Part shown: positions 1 through 7,797 of the stretch, in pieces
Layout: each line of letters opens with the position of its first letter
Numbering within the stretch: the first letter of the stretch is position 1
Source: a virus
Taxonomy: Duplodnaviria > Caudoviricetes
IMG/VR virus record: IMGVR_UViG_3300049893_001639
Span: 1 to 30,538 of that record
DNA length: 30,538 nucleotides
Reading direction: 5' to 3' (one strand)
The notes under the pieces: generated by a model
Databases searched by the model: none
What the model saw: only the letters and a program-made list of their open reading frames with translations
Told to the model about the DNA's origin: nothing
Translations under genes and position numbers: made by a program

Positions 1-19
1 GCACCAAAGTAGTCAGTAT

Positions 20-916
20 ATGCGTAAAGTTAGACTATATCTTTATCCGCATCGCAACCCGGAGATTTTGGCTCAGCATGGCTACCCTGATTGCGTGCCG
101 TTTAGCCCGGAGGGTATCGAGCGACATTGCGAGATGGTTGAGCCACAGGACGCCGAGATGTTCTACTGCGGTCAGTTTAATCAAGATACCAAGTGGTTGT
201 TGCACCCTAACCGCTTTGAATACTTAAGGGGCAATGAGGCGCGGCACGTGTTCGACCTAGAGGGCGACCACTCGGCGGACATCCCCGATTGGTTACGCCC
301 TTGCGTCATGACGGCTATGAATGCGCTGCCGCAGCATGGCGAATGGAACGTTATGGTGCGCCCGGCCTGCTCTAAGTTGCTGATGGATATGCTCAAGCGA
401 CAAATTGAGTACATCCCCCCGACCAAAGAAGGCTTTTATTTCAGAGGCCAACGCGATCCACACGGGTTAAGAGAGAAAGTTCAGCGGGCATTAAAGTTGG
501 CCGGGGTGCCACACCTGTTTGAGTTTACCGATCAGTGGCATGGTCCTACCGAGGCGACGGATGCCGTGGTGACGGGCTACGAGCAGGAACTAAAGGACTG
601 GTCGTGGATACTCTGCCCAGGCGGAGTGCGGAACATGATGACGACTAGGTTTTACGAAGCTTGCGCCGTGGGACGAGTGCCGTTAGCCATTTCTTATAAC
701 ATCTGGTTTGAGTATGCTCCTCACTATGAGTGTTCGCCGGACAGCAGCGTGGATGAATTGGCATCGTGGTTCAGGATTATGTCTCGTGATTATTTGACTG
801 ACAGGAACGAGGCGTCTAAGCGTTATTTTGACTTGTTTGTACGTGCTTACTTTAAGGATCCCACAGCGTATTTTTTGGGCTGGATGAAACGTAAGGGACT
901 GATAAAGTGGACGTAG
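20..916 (+). CDS. Exostosin/GT47-like glycosyltransferase domain protein
   Basis: C-terminal 'WILCPGGVRNMMTTRFYEACAVGRVP' matches the GT47/exostosin FCLxPxG...R(L/F)xEA...GxxP motif; 'GFYFRG' lies upstream. Confidence 0.6.
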   Translation: MRKVRLYLYPHRNPEILAQHGYPDCVPFSPEGIERHCEMVEPQDAEMFYCGQFNQDTKWLLHPNRFEYLRGNEARHVFDLEGDHSADIPDWLRPCVMTAMNALPQHGEWNVMVRPACSKLLMDMLKRQIEYIPPTKEGFYFRGQRDPHGLREKVQRALKLAGVPHLFEFTDQWHGPTEATDAVVTGYEQELKDWSWILCPGGVRNMMTTRFYEACAVGRVPLAISYNIWFEYAPHYECSPDSSVDELASWFRIMSRDYLTDRNEASKRYFDLFVRAYFKDPTAYFLGWMKRKGLIKWT

Positions 917-2373
917 TCTTAGTCAATCCTGGCGGACAGCCAGAGATATTCCAGTCGTTGTCAGCGGGCGGGTTGACCGCTTTGGAGCCGCCTATCTGGT
1001 GTCGCTTGCTCGCGTCGTATCTGATTAACAAGGGGATATCTTGTGAGATTGTAGACACCGAGGTCTCTGGCATGTCGCCCAGCGTAGCGGCTACGGCTGT
1101 TGGCTTGTTTGATCCCAAGTTAATAGTCGTCGTTGTTCACGGTCATCAGCCGAGTGCGTCTACTCAAAAGATGCCAGCTGCGGTAACGCTGGTCAAGGCG
1201 ATTAAGCGAGAGGTGAAGGATGTCCCCGTGTTGATAGTCGGAGGCCACCCTGCTGCTCTACCTGAGCAAACGTTGAAGGAGACTGGAGCCGACTATGTCT
1301 GTACGGGAGAGGGTTTTATAGCTATCGAGCGGCTCGCGCATGGCGCGCATCCTTGGGGCGTGATAGGGGGTGACGGTTATCATACGCCATCAGCGCCTAA
1401 CGTGTCAGACTTAGATCACGAAGTCCCAGGCGGTTGCTGGGATTTATTGCCAATGAGTGGTTATAGGTCGTATGCTCACCACGCTTGGTCGAATAATTTT
1501 GAACGGCAACCTTATGCGAGCATCTATACTAGCCTGGGGTGCCCGTGGCGCTGCTCATTTTGCATGATCCAGTCGCCGTTTAGGCGCGGTGACGAGCAGG
1601 CATTAAAAGGTAAGGCTAACAGTTACCGTATGTGGTCAGCGGATCATGTCTTGCGAGAGGTCGAGACGCTGGTAGAGCGCTATAACGTAGTTAATATCCG
1701 CATAGATGATGAGATGTTTGTGCTTAATGAGTCGCATGTGTTTTCTATCTGCGACAAGATCACGGAGCGGTATGGCGATCGGCTCAACTTTTGGTGCTAT
1801 GGGCGAGTGGATTGTACTAGGCCAAAGTTTTTATACAGGTTGCGGCGGGCCGGGTTTAAGTGGTTGTGCCTCGGCATCGAGAGCGTAAGCGACGAGGTGC
1901 GCGATGGCATAGACAAGAGCCAGTACGGCGCTACGGATATTATTAAGACTGTTAGGCAGGTGCAGCAAGCAGGCATCAACGTGATTGGTAACTATATGTT
2001 TGGGTTGCCTAAGGACACGTTGCGGTCGATGGAGAACACGCTTCAATTAGCGTTAGAGCTAAAAACGGAGTACGTGAACTTTTACGCCACGGTGGCTTAC
2101 CCAGGTAGCGCGTTGTGGGACGAGAAGATCATGGCCGGGTGGCAGCCGCCACAGAATTGGTTGGCGTGGAGTTTTCATTCTAAGGAGCACACGCCGTTAG
2201 GGACCGAGACGCTGTCGCCCGTCGAGGTGTTGAGGTTTAGGGACGAGGCGTTTAAGCGCTACTTTCTAGACGGCGGGTACCGCAATTATGTTTGGCAGAA
2301 GTTTGGGCAGCGGGCCATTGAGGAGATAGACGGCATGTTAAGTCATGATTTGAAAAGAGATTTGTTTAGTTGA
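907..2373 (+). CDS. Cobalamin-binding radical SAM protein (class B methyltransferase-like)
   Basis: N-terminal B12-binding domain ('VGGHPAALPE','DYVCTGEG'); CxxxCxxC 'GCPWRCSFC'; 'IDDEMF','LGIES','GNYMFGLP','YPGSALW'. GTG start overlaps the upstream gene. Confidence 0.9.
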   Translation: MDVVLVNPGGQPEIFQSLSAGGLTALEPPIWCRLLASYLINKGISCEIVDTEVSGMSPSVAATAVGLFDPKLIVVVVHGHQPSASTQKMPAAVTLVKAIKREVKDVPVLIVGGHPAALPEQTLKETGADYVCTGEGFIAIERLAHGAHPWGVIGGDGYHTPSAPNVSDLDHEVPGGCWDLLPMSGYRSYAHHAWSNNFERQPYASIYTSLGCPWRCSFCMIQSPFRRGDEQALKGKANSYRMWSADHVLREVETLVERYNVVNIRIDDEMFVLNESHVFSICDKITERYGDRLNFWCYGRVDCTRPKFLYRLRRAGFKWLCLGIESVSDEVRDGIDKSQYGATDIIKTVRQVQQAGINVIGNYMFGLPKDTLRSMENTLQLALELKTEYVNFYATVAYPGSALWDEKIMAGWQPPQNWLAWSFHSKEHTPLGTETLSPVEVLRFRDEAFKRYFLDGGYRNYVWQKFGQRAIEEIDGMLSHDLKRDLFS

Positions 2374-2388
2374 CTCGGTTAGGAGCTT

Positions 2389-2622
2389 ATGCACTACGCA
2401 GAAACAAAATACGGCCTCGATTGGGGTTCGGCAAAAATCACACGATGCTTCTCGGACTCCAAGAAGGGATGGGTGACTCTGCTGCTCGAAACCCCGAAGC
2501 ACAAAGAGGGCAAGTCGCTGCAAATCTACGTGACGAAATCCGGCAAGGTTCGGATTCACGACGCACACGGCGAATGGAAAGCGCCGAAGGCGTCCGAGTT
2601 GAGGCACAATTATGCGAGGTGA
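2389..2622 (+). CDS. Small hypothetical phage protein
   Basis: AGGAG Shine-Dalgarno before ATG; packed in the operon. Confidence 0.7.
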   Translation: MHYAETKYGLDWGSAKITRCFSDSKKGWVTLLLETPKHKEGKSLQIYVTKSGKVRIHDAHGEWKAPKASELRHNYAR

Positions 2623-2625
2623 TAA

Positions 2626-2883
2626 ATGAAAGAGATATACGAAGACCCGAAAACCGGGCGATACAAGTGGCGCGAGAAACAATCTGAGAGCGAGCCTCCG
2701 GTTCGTGTCCAGCGCCTTGTTAGTCGTCGTCGTAAAAACCAAATCGTGATGGTGCTGGCCGCTCTAATGCTCGGAATAATCGGAGCATTACAAGGATGGA
2801 AGATGGTGCTCATCACAGTCGGACTGGCCGTGCTGCTCCTGTGTTTTTGGGGCTTCCTCGGCTGGTATCACCAAGACGACTAA
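2626..2883 (+). CDS. Small two-TM membrane protein (reads through an attC half-site; cassette 1)
   Basis: GAGGTG SD; two hydrophobic helices; the TAA stop lies inside the GACTAAC inverse core. Confidence 0.65.
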   Translation: MKEIYEDPKTGRYKWREKQSESEPPVRVQRLVSRRRKNQIVMVLAALMLGIIGALQGWKMVLITVGLAVLLLCFWGFLGWYHQDD

Positions 2884-2930
2884 CGCCAAGGCTGAGTAGC
2901 GCGAAGCGGCTATCTCAAGCCGTGGTATTG
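2878..2930 (+). repeat. attC-like site (degenerate right core)
   Basis: GACTAAC-N5-GGCTGAG TAGC GCGAAGCG GCTA TCTC(A)AGCC hairpin; no clean GTTRRRY follows. Confidence 0.55.
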
Positions 2931-2951
2931 ATAAGCAACGATGAACAAGCG

Positions 2952-3005
2952 CTCTAACGTTGGAACTGTGCGGCGCGAAGCGTCCGCACCAGTGAAAAGT
3001 TAGGT
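2952..3005 (+). repeat. attC-like site
   Basis: CTCTAAC ... ACTGTGCGG CGCGAAGCG T CCGCAC(C)AGT ... GTTAGGT; extrahelical bases on the right arm. Confidence 0.8.
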
Positions 3006-3027
3006 TGCGTAACGAACAGGAGAAAAT

Positions 3028-3240
3028 ATGGAAAATGTTTATTTGTGGCGTGACAAATACGATGCAAACCAGTTTTGGGTTGGCGTGAAGAATAGAAACG
3101 GAACTTCTTATTCCGGGTGGTTCGCATGTTTTTGTGATTCGTTTTCCGACTGTTTCGGACGAGACGCATGGGAAGCGGTGAAGGATATAGTGCCAGGAAG
3201 TGAACCCGTTCAAGTGCGTCTAACGTTGCATCTGAAATGA
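3028..3240 (+). CDS. Hypothetical protein (cassette 2)
   Basis: AGGAG SD; fills the cassette between GTTAGGTTGC and GCAACCTAAC. Confidence 0.75.
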   Translation: MENVYLWRDKYDANQFWVGVKNRNGTSYSGWFACFCDSFSDCFGRDAWEAVKDIVPGSEPVQVRLTLHLK

Positions 3241-3250
3241 ACAATAAGCA

Positions 3251-3336
3251 ACCTAACGCTTCGGTTCAGGCGGCGGAGAGAAAGCTATGAGTTCAGAGAC
3301 GACGTTGATCCGCTCGCCTGCAACCGATTGTTATGC
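3251..3336 (+). repeat. attC-like site with RBS and ATG in its loop
   Basis: ACCTAAC..TCGGTT CAGGCG GCGGA-loop-TCCGC TCGCCTG(C)AACCGA..GTTATGC. Confidence 0.8.
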
Positions 3337-3859
3337 GGCGTTTCGTTGTGTGGTGGCTGATCCACCGTGGACACCATCACTGCACCGGAACACAGTAGGG
3401 AGACGGGAGCCGAAGAACGGATACCGAGCAGGGCCACAGAAGTATTACCGGACGCTGACCTTGCCGGAGATTTGTGAGTTGCAGCCAGTGACGGCAGACA
3501 AGTGCCATTTGTGGTTGTGGGTTCTGAGCCAGCACGTTGATTGGGGCTACGCGGTCGCAAGAGCCTGGGGCTTTGAACCGCAGCAGATGTTGACGTGGGC
3601 CAAGCCGACGTTGGGGACAGGACAGTTTCAGTGCAACACGGAACACGTCTTGATGTGCCGCAAGGGCGGGCCGGTGGATAATGCATTTGGGATGACTTGT
3701 GGCACATGGTTTGAGTGGCCGAGACGGGAGCACAGCGAGAAACCAGCGGAGTTCTTTTCGTTGGTTGAGCGGGTGAGTCCGGGGCCACGGTTGGAGATGT
3801 TTGCGAGGACGCGACGACAAGGCTGGGAGTCATGGGGCGACCAGATCGAAGCCGCATAA
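3287..3859 (+). CDS. MT-A70-family N6-adenine methyltransferase (cassette 3)
   Basis: 'VVADPPW', 'HLWLWV', 'AWGF', 'TWAK', 'TEHVL', 'HSEKP', 'LEMFAR...GWESWGDQ'. Confidence 0.9.
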   Translation: MSSETTLIRSPATDCYAAFRCVVADPPWTPSLHRNTVGRREPKNGYRAGPQKYYRTLTLPEICELQPVTADKCHLWLWVLSQHVDWGYAVARAWGFEPQQMLTWAKPTLGTGQFQCNTEHVLMCRKGGPVDNAFGMTCGTWFEWPRREHSEKPAEFFSLVERVSPGPRLEMFARTRRQGWESWGDQIEAA

Positions 3860-3934
3860 CGTGGAGCTAACCGGCGAGCCACGCAGTGGCGAGTCCAGTG
3901 AGCGAAGCGAACGAGGTTGAGCGTATGGTTAGAG
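3854..3934 (+). repeat. attC-like site
   Basis: GCATAAC..GCTAACC...GCCAC GCA GTGGC...GAGCGAAGCGA..GGTT(G)AGC..GTTAGAG. Confidence 0.75.
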
Positions 3935-3937
3935 GGC

Positions 3938-4155
3938 AGAACTATGGGCAGCACGGCATGTAGGGCGGCAGGGCTAACGGGGCGTGACAACCCTGAAACG
4001 CTCTCGCCTACCCGAAACGCAACTAGCTCCGGCAGGCGGCGAAGCGCGAGGGTTTGCGTCACGGCGATGACACGCGCAGAGCTTGGCCGAAAGGTGGGTA
4101 GAACCGAAGTTAACGCCACCCCCGGAGTAAACCTTCGGCTGCTGTCCATACCTGT
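3938..4155 (+). ncRNA. Putative structured non-coding RNA (cassette 4), family unknown
   Basis: Closing stem TATGGGCAGC/GCTGTCCATA with a G-U pair; nested stems CAGGG/CCCTG, CTACCC/GGGTAG, AGCTC/GAGCT, CCGAAG/CTTCGG; GCC-GAAA-GGT GNRA loop; no convincing ORF. Confidence 0.5.
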
Positions 4156-4158
4156 GCC

Positions 4159-4218
4159 CTCTAACGCTGGCGGTGAGGGGCGCGAAGTATGAGCGTACCC
4201 TCCACCGCTTTGTTGGCC
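4159..4218 (+). repeat. attC-like site with ATG in its loop
   Basis: CTCTAAC..GCGGTG AGGG-loop-CCCT(C)CACCGC..GTTGGCC. Confidence 0.8.
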
Positions 4219-4695
4219 GGTCTGCATCAGAGCCAGCTTGCCCCGGCTGACAACAAGTTCCACGTCGGCAACGGAGACGACGGCAAGCACTACTGGCTGA
4301 CGCCGCCGGACCTGTACGCCGCGCTGAACGCGGAGTTCGGACCGTTCGACTTCGATCCATGCCCGTGGCCAAAGCCGGAAGGATTCGACGGCCTAACCTG
4401 CGAATGGGGCCAGCGCAACTACGTCAACCCGCCGTTCGGATCCATCATGCACAACGGGAAGAAGAAGGGGCCGACCGCTTGGATGCGGAAGGCGATTGAG
4501 GAACAGCGCAAGGGCAAGCTGTCCGTGGTGGTGTACCCGGTGGACAAGTGGGTGCTGATGATGCTGGCCGCAACCGGAGCGGCCAACGTCCGCAACCTGG
4601 GCGACGTGCGGTGGATGGCCACCGAGGACGGATCCCAAGGCAAAGGCACCGGGCGGCACATAGCCGCGTTCATTCTGTATCCGGCCAACCATTGA
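4189..4695 (+). CDS. Phage Dam-like N6-adenine DNA methyltransferase (cassette 5)
   Basis: 'HYWLTPP', 'FDFDPCP', 'DGLTCEW', 'YVNPPF', 'WMRKAIEE' are typical of the small phage Dam family. Confidence 0.8.
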   Translation: MSVPSTALLAGLHQSQLAPADNKFHVGNGDDGKHYWLTPPDLYAALNAEFGPFDFDPCPWPKPEGFDGLTCEWGQRNYVNPPFGSIMHNGKKKGPTAWMRKAIEEQRKGKLSVVVYPVDKWVLMMLAATGAANVRNLGDVRWMATEDGSQGKGTGRHIAAFILYPANH

Positions 4696-4756
4696 TTATA
4701 CGGATCGGCTTTTGTCGATAATAATATCTGCAAATGCCGCCTGCAAAGGAAATGCC

Positions 4757-5077
4757 ATGATCCGTCGTAATAAATACGGCAACCGTAGAATCGCCTTCGA
4801 TGGACAAAACTTTGACTCCATGAAGGAGTACCGCAGGTATCAGCAGTTACGATTGTACGAGAAGGCAGCAGAGATTTCTCAGATAGAGATACACCCAAAA
4901 TTTGCGTTGTGGGTAAATGACAAATTCATTTGCTCTTACATTGCCGATTTCCGCTATTTAGACCACGGCACAGGCCAATGGGTCGTCGAAGACTCCAAGG
5001 GCGTGCGAACACCGGTCTATCGATTGAAAAGGAAATTGATGAAGGCGTGCCTGGGAATTGAAATTTTGGAGACGTGA
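4757..5077 (+). CDS. DUF1064-family PD-(D/E)xK protein
   Basis: 'NKYGNRR...FDSMKEYRRY...YIADFRY...VVEDSKG..TPVYRLKRKL'; start moved to ATG 4757 (AGGA SD). Confidence 0.85.
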   Translation: MIRRNKYGNRRIAFDGQNFDSMKEYRRYQQLRLYEKAAEISQIEIHPKFALWVNDKFICSYIADFRYLDHGTGQWVVEDSKGVRTPVYRLKRKLMKACLGIEILET

Positions 5078-5382
5078 AAATGAAGATCACAAAGGAGGCC
5101 GATATCCAGCGAATGATTGTCGAAACGCTGGAAACTCTCGCCGAGCAAAACAAGCTGCGCTATGTCAGTCATCCCCCAATGCGCACCATCATTGTGTTTT
5201 TGCCCCACGCGGTGTGGGTAATCGAAACCAAATCGCAGAAAGGAAAGTTCGGAGAGCATCAATTACTGTGGCAAAATTGGTTTCTCAACGCAGGAGACGC
5301 CGATCTGTATCACTATTCCATGCCGCGCACCGTGAAGGACGCTAACGCGTTAATTGATGCGCTGCTAAAGGAGTCGGGATGA
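5074..5382 (+). CDS. VRR-NUC-like protein
   Basis: 'EADIQ..I', 'IETKSQKGK...HQ..WQ', 'RTVKDA'. Confidence 0.6.
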   Translation: MKMKITKEADIQRMIVETLETLAEQNKLRYVSHPPMRTIIVFLPHAVWVIETKSQKGKFGEHQLLWQNWFLNAGDADLYHYSMPRTVKDANALIDALLKESG

Positions 5383-5792
5383 GTGAACCTGACTGGGCCG
5401 ATAGCCAGGCGGAAGAGTTGTGGATTGTTAATCATCCGTCTAAGGTGCAATTCCAAGTTTTGATAGATGCCATCGCCGCCGCGTTGCGTGAGGAGCGGGA
5501 GCAGTGCGCCAAAACCGCAGAAGATCATGAGTGCGTTTCGGTGCGTGCACTGGGTAGCAACTTACCTTGTCACTGTTCATCGTCAATAGCCGACGCCATT
5601 CGGCAAGGAAAGAAGGCTCCCCCGATCTTCTCACGCGATGAACTGATTGCCCGCGCAAGAGCTTTCATAGTCGATACCTACGGCCCCGTGCGGGAGTCTA
5701 AGGATGAGGATGGCTGGTATGAGAGACTAGGACTGCTGGTGTCATTTGCGCATGATATGACGGAGTTAAACCGAGGTGAATCCGATGTATGA
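5379..5792 (+). CDS. Hypothetical phage protein
   Basis: ATGA overlap with the upstream gene; 'EREQCAKTAE...IADAIR' is a common phage motif. Confidence 0.7.
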   Translation: MSEPDWADSQAEELWIVNHPSKVQFQVLIDAIAAALREEREQCAKTAEDHECVSVRALGSNLPCHCSSSIADAIRQGKKAPPIFSRDELIARARAFIVDTYGPVRESKDEDGWYERLGLLVSFAHDMTELNRGESDV

Positions 5793-5991
5793 TATTATTG
5801 TGCGGTTTCCATCGAAGGAACTGGCTGATGAGTGGTGCAGTCATATGAGTGACGGGTGGGGCGAAAACTTTTGCAATTTTAGCTACTGGCGCAAGAAAGA
5901 AGGCGCGAGAGATAGCAAGCCGTTTGAAGCGGTCACAAGTTCTGCCCCGGAAGGAACGCCGGTGTTTTTTGTGACTGAGATTTTTGATTAG
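5785..5991 (+). CDS. Hypothetical protein
   Basis: GAGGTG SD before ATG 5785; overlaps the upstream stop. Confidence 0.65.
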   Translation: MYDIIVRFPSKELADEWCSHMSDGWGENFCNFSYWRKKEGARDSKPFEAVTSSAPEGTPVFFVTEIFD

Positions 5992-6214
5992 CGGGTATTG
6001 TGAGAAGAATTGAAGGAAGGGGAGGTGATGCCAAGTGGGTTTTTGTACTTGCGACAATCCGGTATATTTGGGAGGCTGTCAGAAACATAATAAATCCGCG
6101 TCTTAGCCGGGGGCAGCGCATCCGGCCAAAAACACGCAAAGTTTTAGGTTTATTTTTTGATTGAAAGGTAATATAATAACGGCACGGGGGAGGGAGATAG
6201 GGGCAAGTGCTGAA

Positions 6215-7207
6215 GTGTTGGTGGTGAGGACGCCGTTTAGAGTTTCGTTTTGCGGGGGAGGCACCGACTTCCCAGCTTGGTTTGTCACCAGGCCGGGGGC
6301 CGTCGTCTCTGCCGCCATCAATCGTTATTGTTACCTCACGCTCCGTCACCTACCGCCGTTTTTTGACTACGACTCGCGTTTCGTTTGGTCCCGCATAGAG
6401 CAGGTCAGTTCTCTCGACGAAGTTTATCACCCCGCCATCAAGGGCTGCCTTAAGTTCTTAGGTTTAGAGAAACCATCTATTCAACTCCACCACGACGCCG
6501 ACCTACCGGCCCAGTCGGGCACGGGCAGCAGCGCGGCGTTTACCGTCAGCTTACTACACGCATTGTATGCCGAGAGGTGCCGTCTGGTCACGGCGGAACA
6601 GCTGGCGATTAACGCCATGCAGGTAGATCAAGACGTAGTGGGCGAGGTTACTGGTTGTCAGGACCACGTGGCGGTGGCCTGCGGGGGCGTCAATCATATC
6701 GATTTCGGCCCCGCCAGGCACGACTTCCGGGTAAAGATGCTGCCCGTAGACACTCAGGCGTTGGGGCATCACCTGATGATGTTCCACACCAAACAGTATA
6801 GGCAATCTACGGCAAGTGATATAGAGACTATTAAGTGGCAGGGCCGTCCTGACGAGCAGTTGTTGAGGGCGCAGTACGAGCTGACGCCCAGGTGCTTAAT
6901 GGCCTTGGCCGATGGTGATTATGCTGCGTTGGGCAAGGTGTTGAGCGAGAGTTGGTTGTTGAAGCGGGAGCTGGCCAAGGAGGTCAGCAACTCCCACGTA
7001 GACGATTGTTATTGGCGTGCGCTGGACGCCGGGGCCTATGGGGCCAAGCTGTGTGGCGCGGGAGGCGGGGGCATATTGTTGGTGGCCGCCCCGCCCGATA
7101 AGCGTGAGCGGTTGAGGCAGGCGCTGGCCGATTGTGTATATGTGCCGTTTGGCGTTGATCACGAGGGCAGCCGCCTGGTCTATCGCGGCGGGCAGGAGCT
7201 GGGGTGA
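6215..7207 (+). CDS. GHMP-family sugar kinase (HddA/heptose-7-phosphate kinase-like)
   Basis: 'RTPFRVSFCGGGTD', 'PAQSGTGSS', 'GCQDH', 'KLCGAGGGG'; start probably GTG near 6215 rather than 6161. Confidence 0.85.
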   Translation: MLVVRTPFRVSFCGGGTDFPAWFVTRPGAVVSAAINRYCYLTLRHLPPFFDYDSRFVWSRIEQVSSLDEVYHPAIKGCLKFLGLEKPSIQLHHDADLPAQSGTGSSAAFTVSLLHALYAERCRLVTAEQLAINAMQVDQDVVGEVTGCQDHVAVACGGVNHIDFGPARHDFRVKMLPVDTQALGHHLMMFHTKQYRQSTASDIETIKWQGRPDEQLLRAQYELTPRCLMALADGDYAALGKVLSESWLLKRELAKEVSNSHVDDCYWRALDAGAYGAKLCGAGGGGILLVAAPPDKRERLRQALADCVYVPFGVDHEGSRLVYRGGQELG

Positions 7208-7305
7208 TGTTGGCTGATACAGACTACTAATTACTATTACCCAGTTGTAAATCAGACCTGGGTTAACCAGGAGAAAGTCTGATACGTATCAGACAGATGT
7301 GAATC

Positions 7306-7797
7306 ATGGAACTAAAGCTAAGCGACTTAAAGCAAGACAAAAAGAATGCCCGTAAGCACACTTCTCGCAATATAGGCATGATAGAGGAGTCTTTACGAGC
7401 GGTCGGCGCGGCTAGAAGCGGGGTTATAGACGAAAATGGGACTATCTTAGCCGGCAATGGAACCTATGAGGCGCTTACTAATGTCGGAATAGATAAGGTC
7501 AAGGTGGTAGAAGCCGATGGTAATGAGTGGGTAGTCGTCAAGCGCAGCGGATTGACCGAGGAGCAAAAGCGCAAACTCGCACTGGCTGACAACCGAGCAA
7601 GCGACATAGCCGAATGGGATGCAATAGCACTGTCCGAGTTGGACATTGATTTATCTCCATTCTTTTCTGAGCAGGAACTTAAGGATATTGGTATAACCGT
7701 CCCAGACTTCAATGGATTAGACGGAGATTCTCAATCGCGATTAGATCAAAAGAAGCCAGTCGTTTGTCCAGCGTGCGGTCATGAGTTTACGACTTGA
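7306..7797 (+). CDS. ParB/Srx-like N-terminal domain protein with C-terminal Zn ribbon
   Basis: 'NARKH', 'VIDENGTILAGNG', 'LALADNR..DIAEWD', 'CPACGHEF'. Confidence 0.85.
   Translation: MELKLSDLKQDKKNARKHTSRNIGMIEESLRAVGAARSGVIDENGTILAGNGTYEALTNVGIDKVKVVEADGNEWVVVKRSGLTEEQKRKLALADNRASDIAEWDAIALSELDIDLSPFFSEQELKDIGITVPDFNGLDGDSQSRLDQKKPVVCPACGHEFTT

Larger units (their letters stand above)
2683..4689 (+). mobile_element. Array of integron-like gene cassettes/attC sites with no integrase in the window (CALIN-like)
   Basis: Five segments start with GTT and end with a 9-11 bp reverse complement finishing in AAC (2719/2884, 2999/3257, 3330/3860, 3928/4165, 4212/4689). They are separated by imperfect palindromes. 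Confidence 0.8.

Noticed and set aside
2378-2622. GTTAGGA at 2378 as the start of another cassette
   Set aside because: No complementary TCCTAAC or hairpin follows the ORF, and the AGGAG is explained as an SD
3285-3857. 190-aa antisense ORF mirroring the MT-A70 gene, and other minus-strand ORFs
   Set aside because: These are shadow ORFs of GC-rich sense genes with no motifs or SDs
3917-4192. 91-aa ORF as a real protein
   Set aside because: TTG start inside an attC arm, no clear SD, Arg/Ala-rich composition and dense base-pairing favour non-coding; not fully excluded
2683-4689. CRISPR array or REP/terminator interpretation of the palindromes
   Set aside because: The repeats differ in sequence, are spaced by gene-sized inserts and lack T tails; the AAC/GTT ends fit attC better
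6020-6105. Strong SD and ATG with a GGGTTTTT run and a Cys-rich alternative frame (possible frameshifted mini-gene)
   Set aside because: Both products are under 30 aa and there is no supporting structure; it cannot be distinguished from chance or decay
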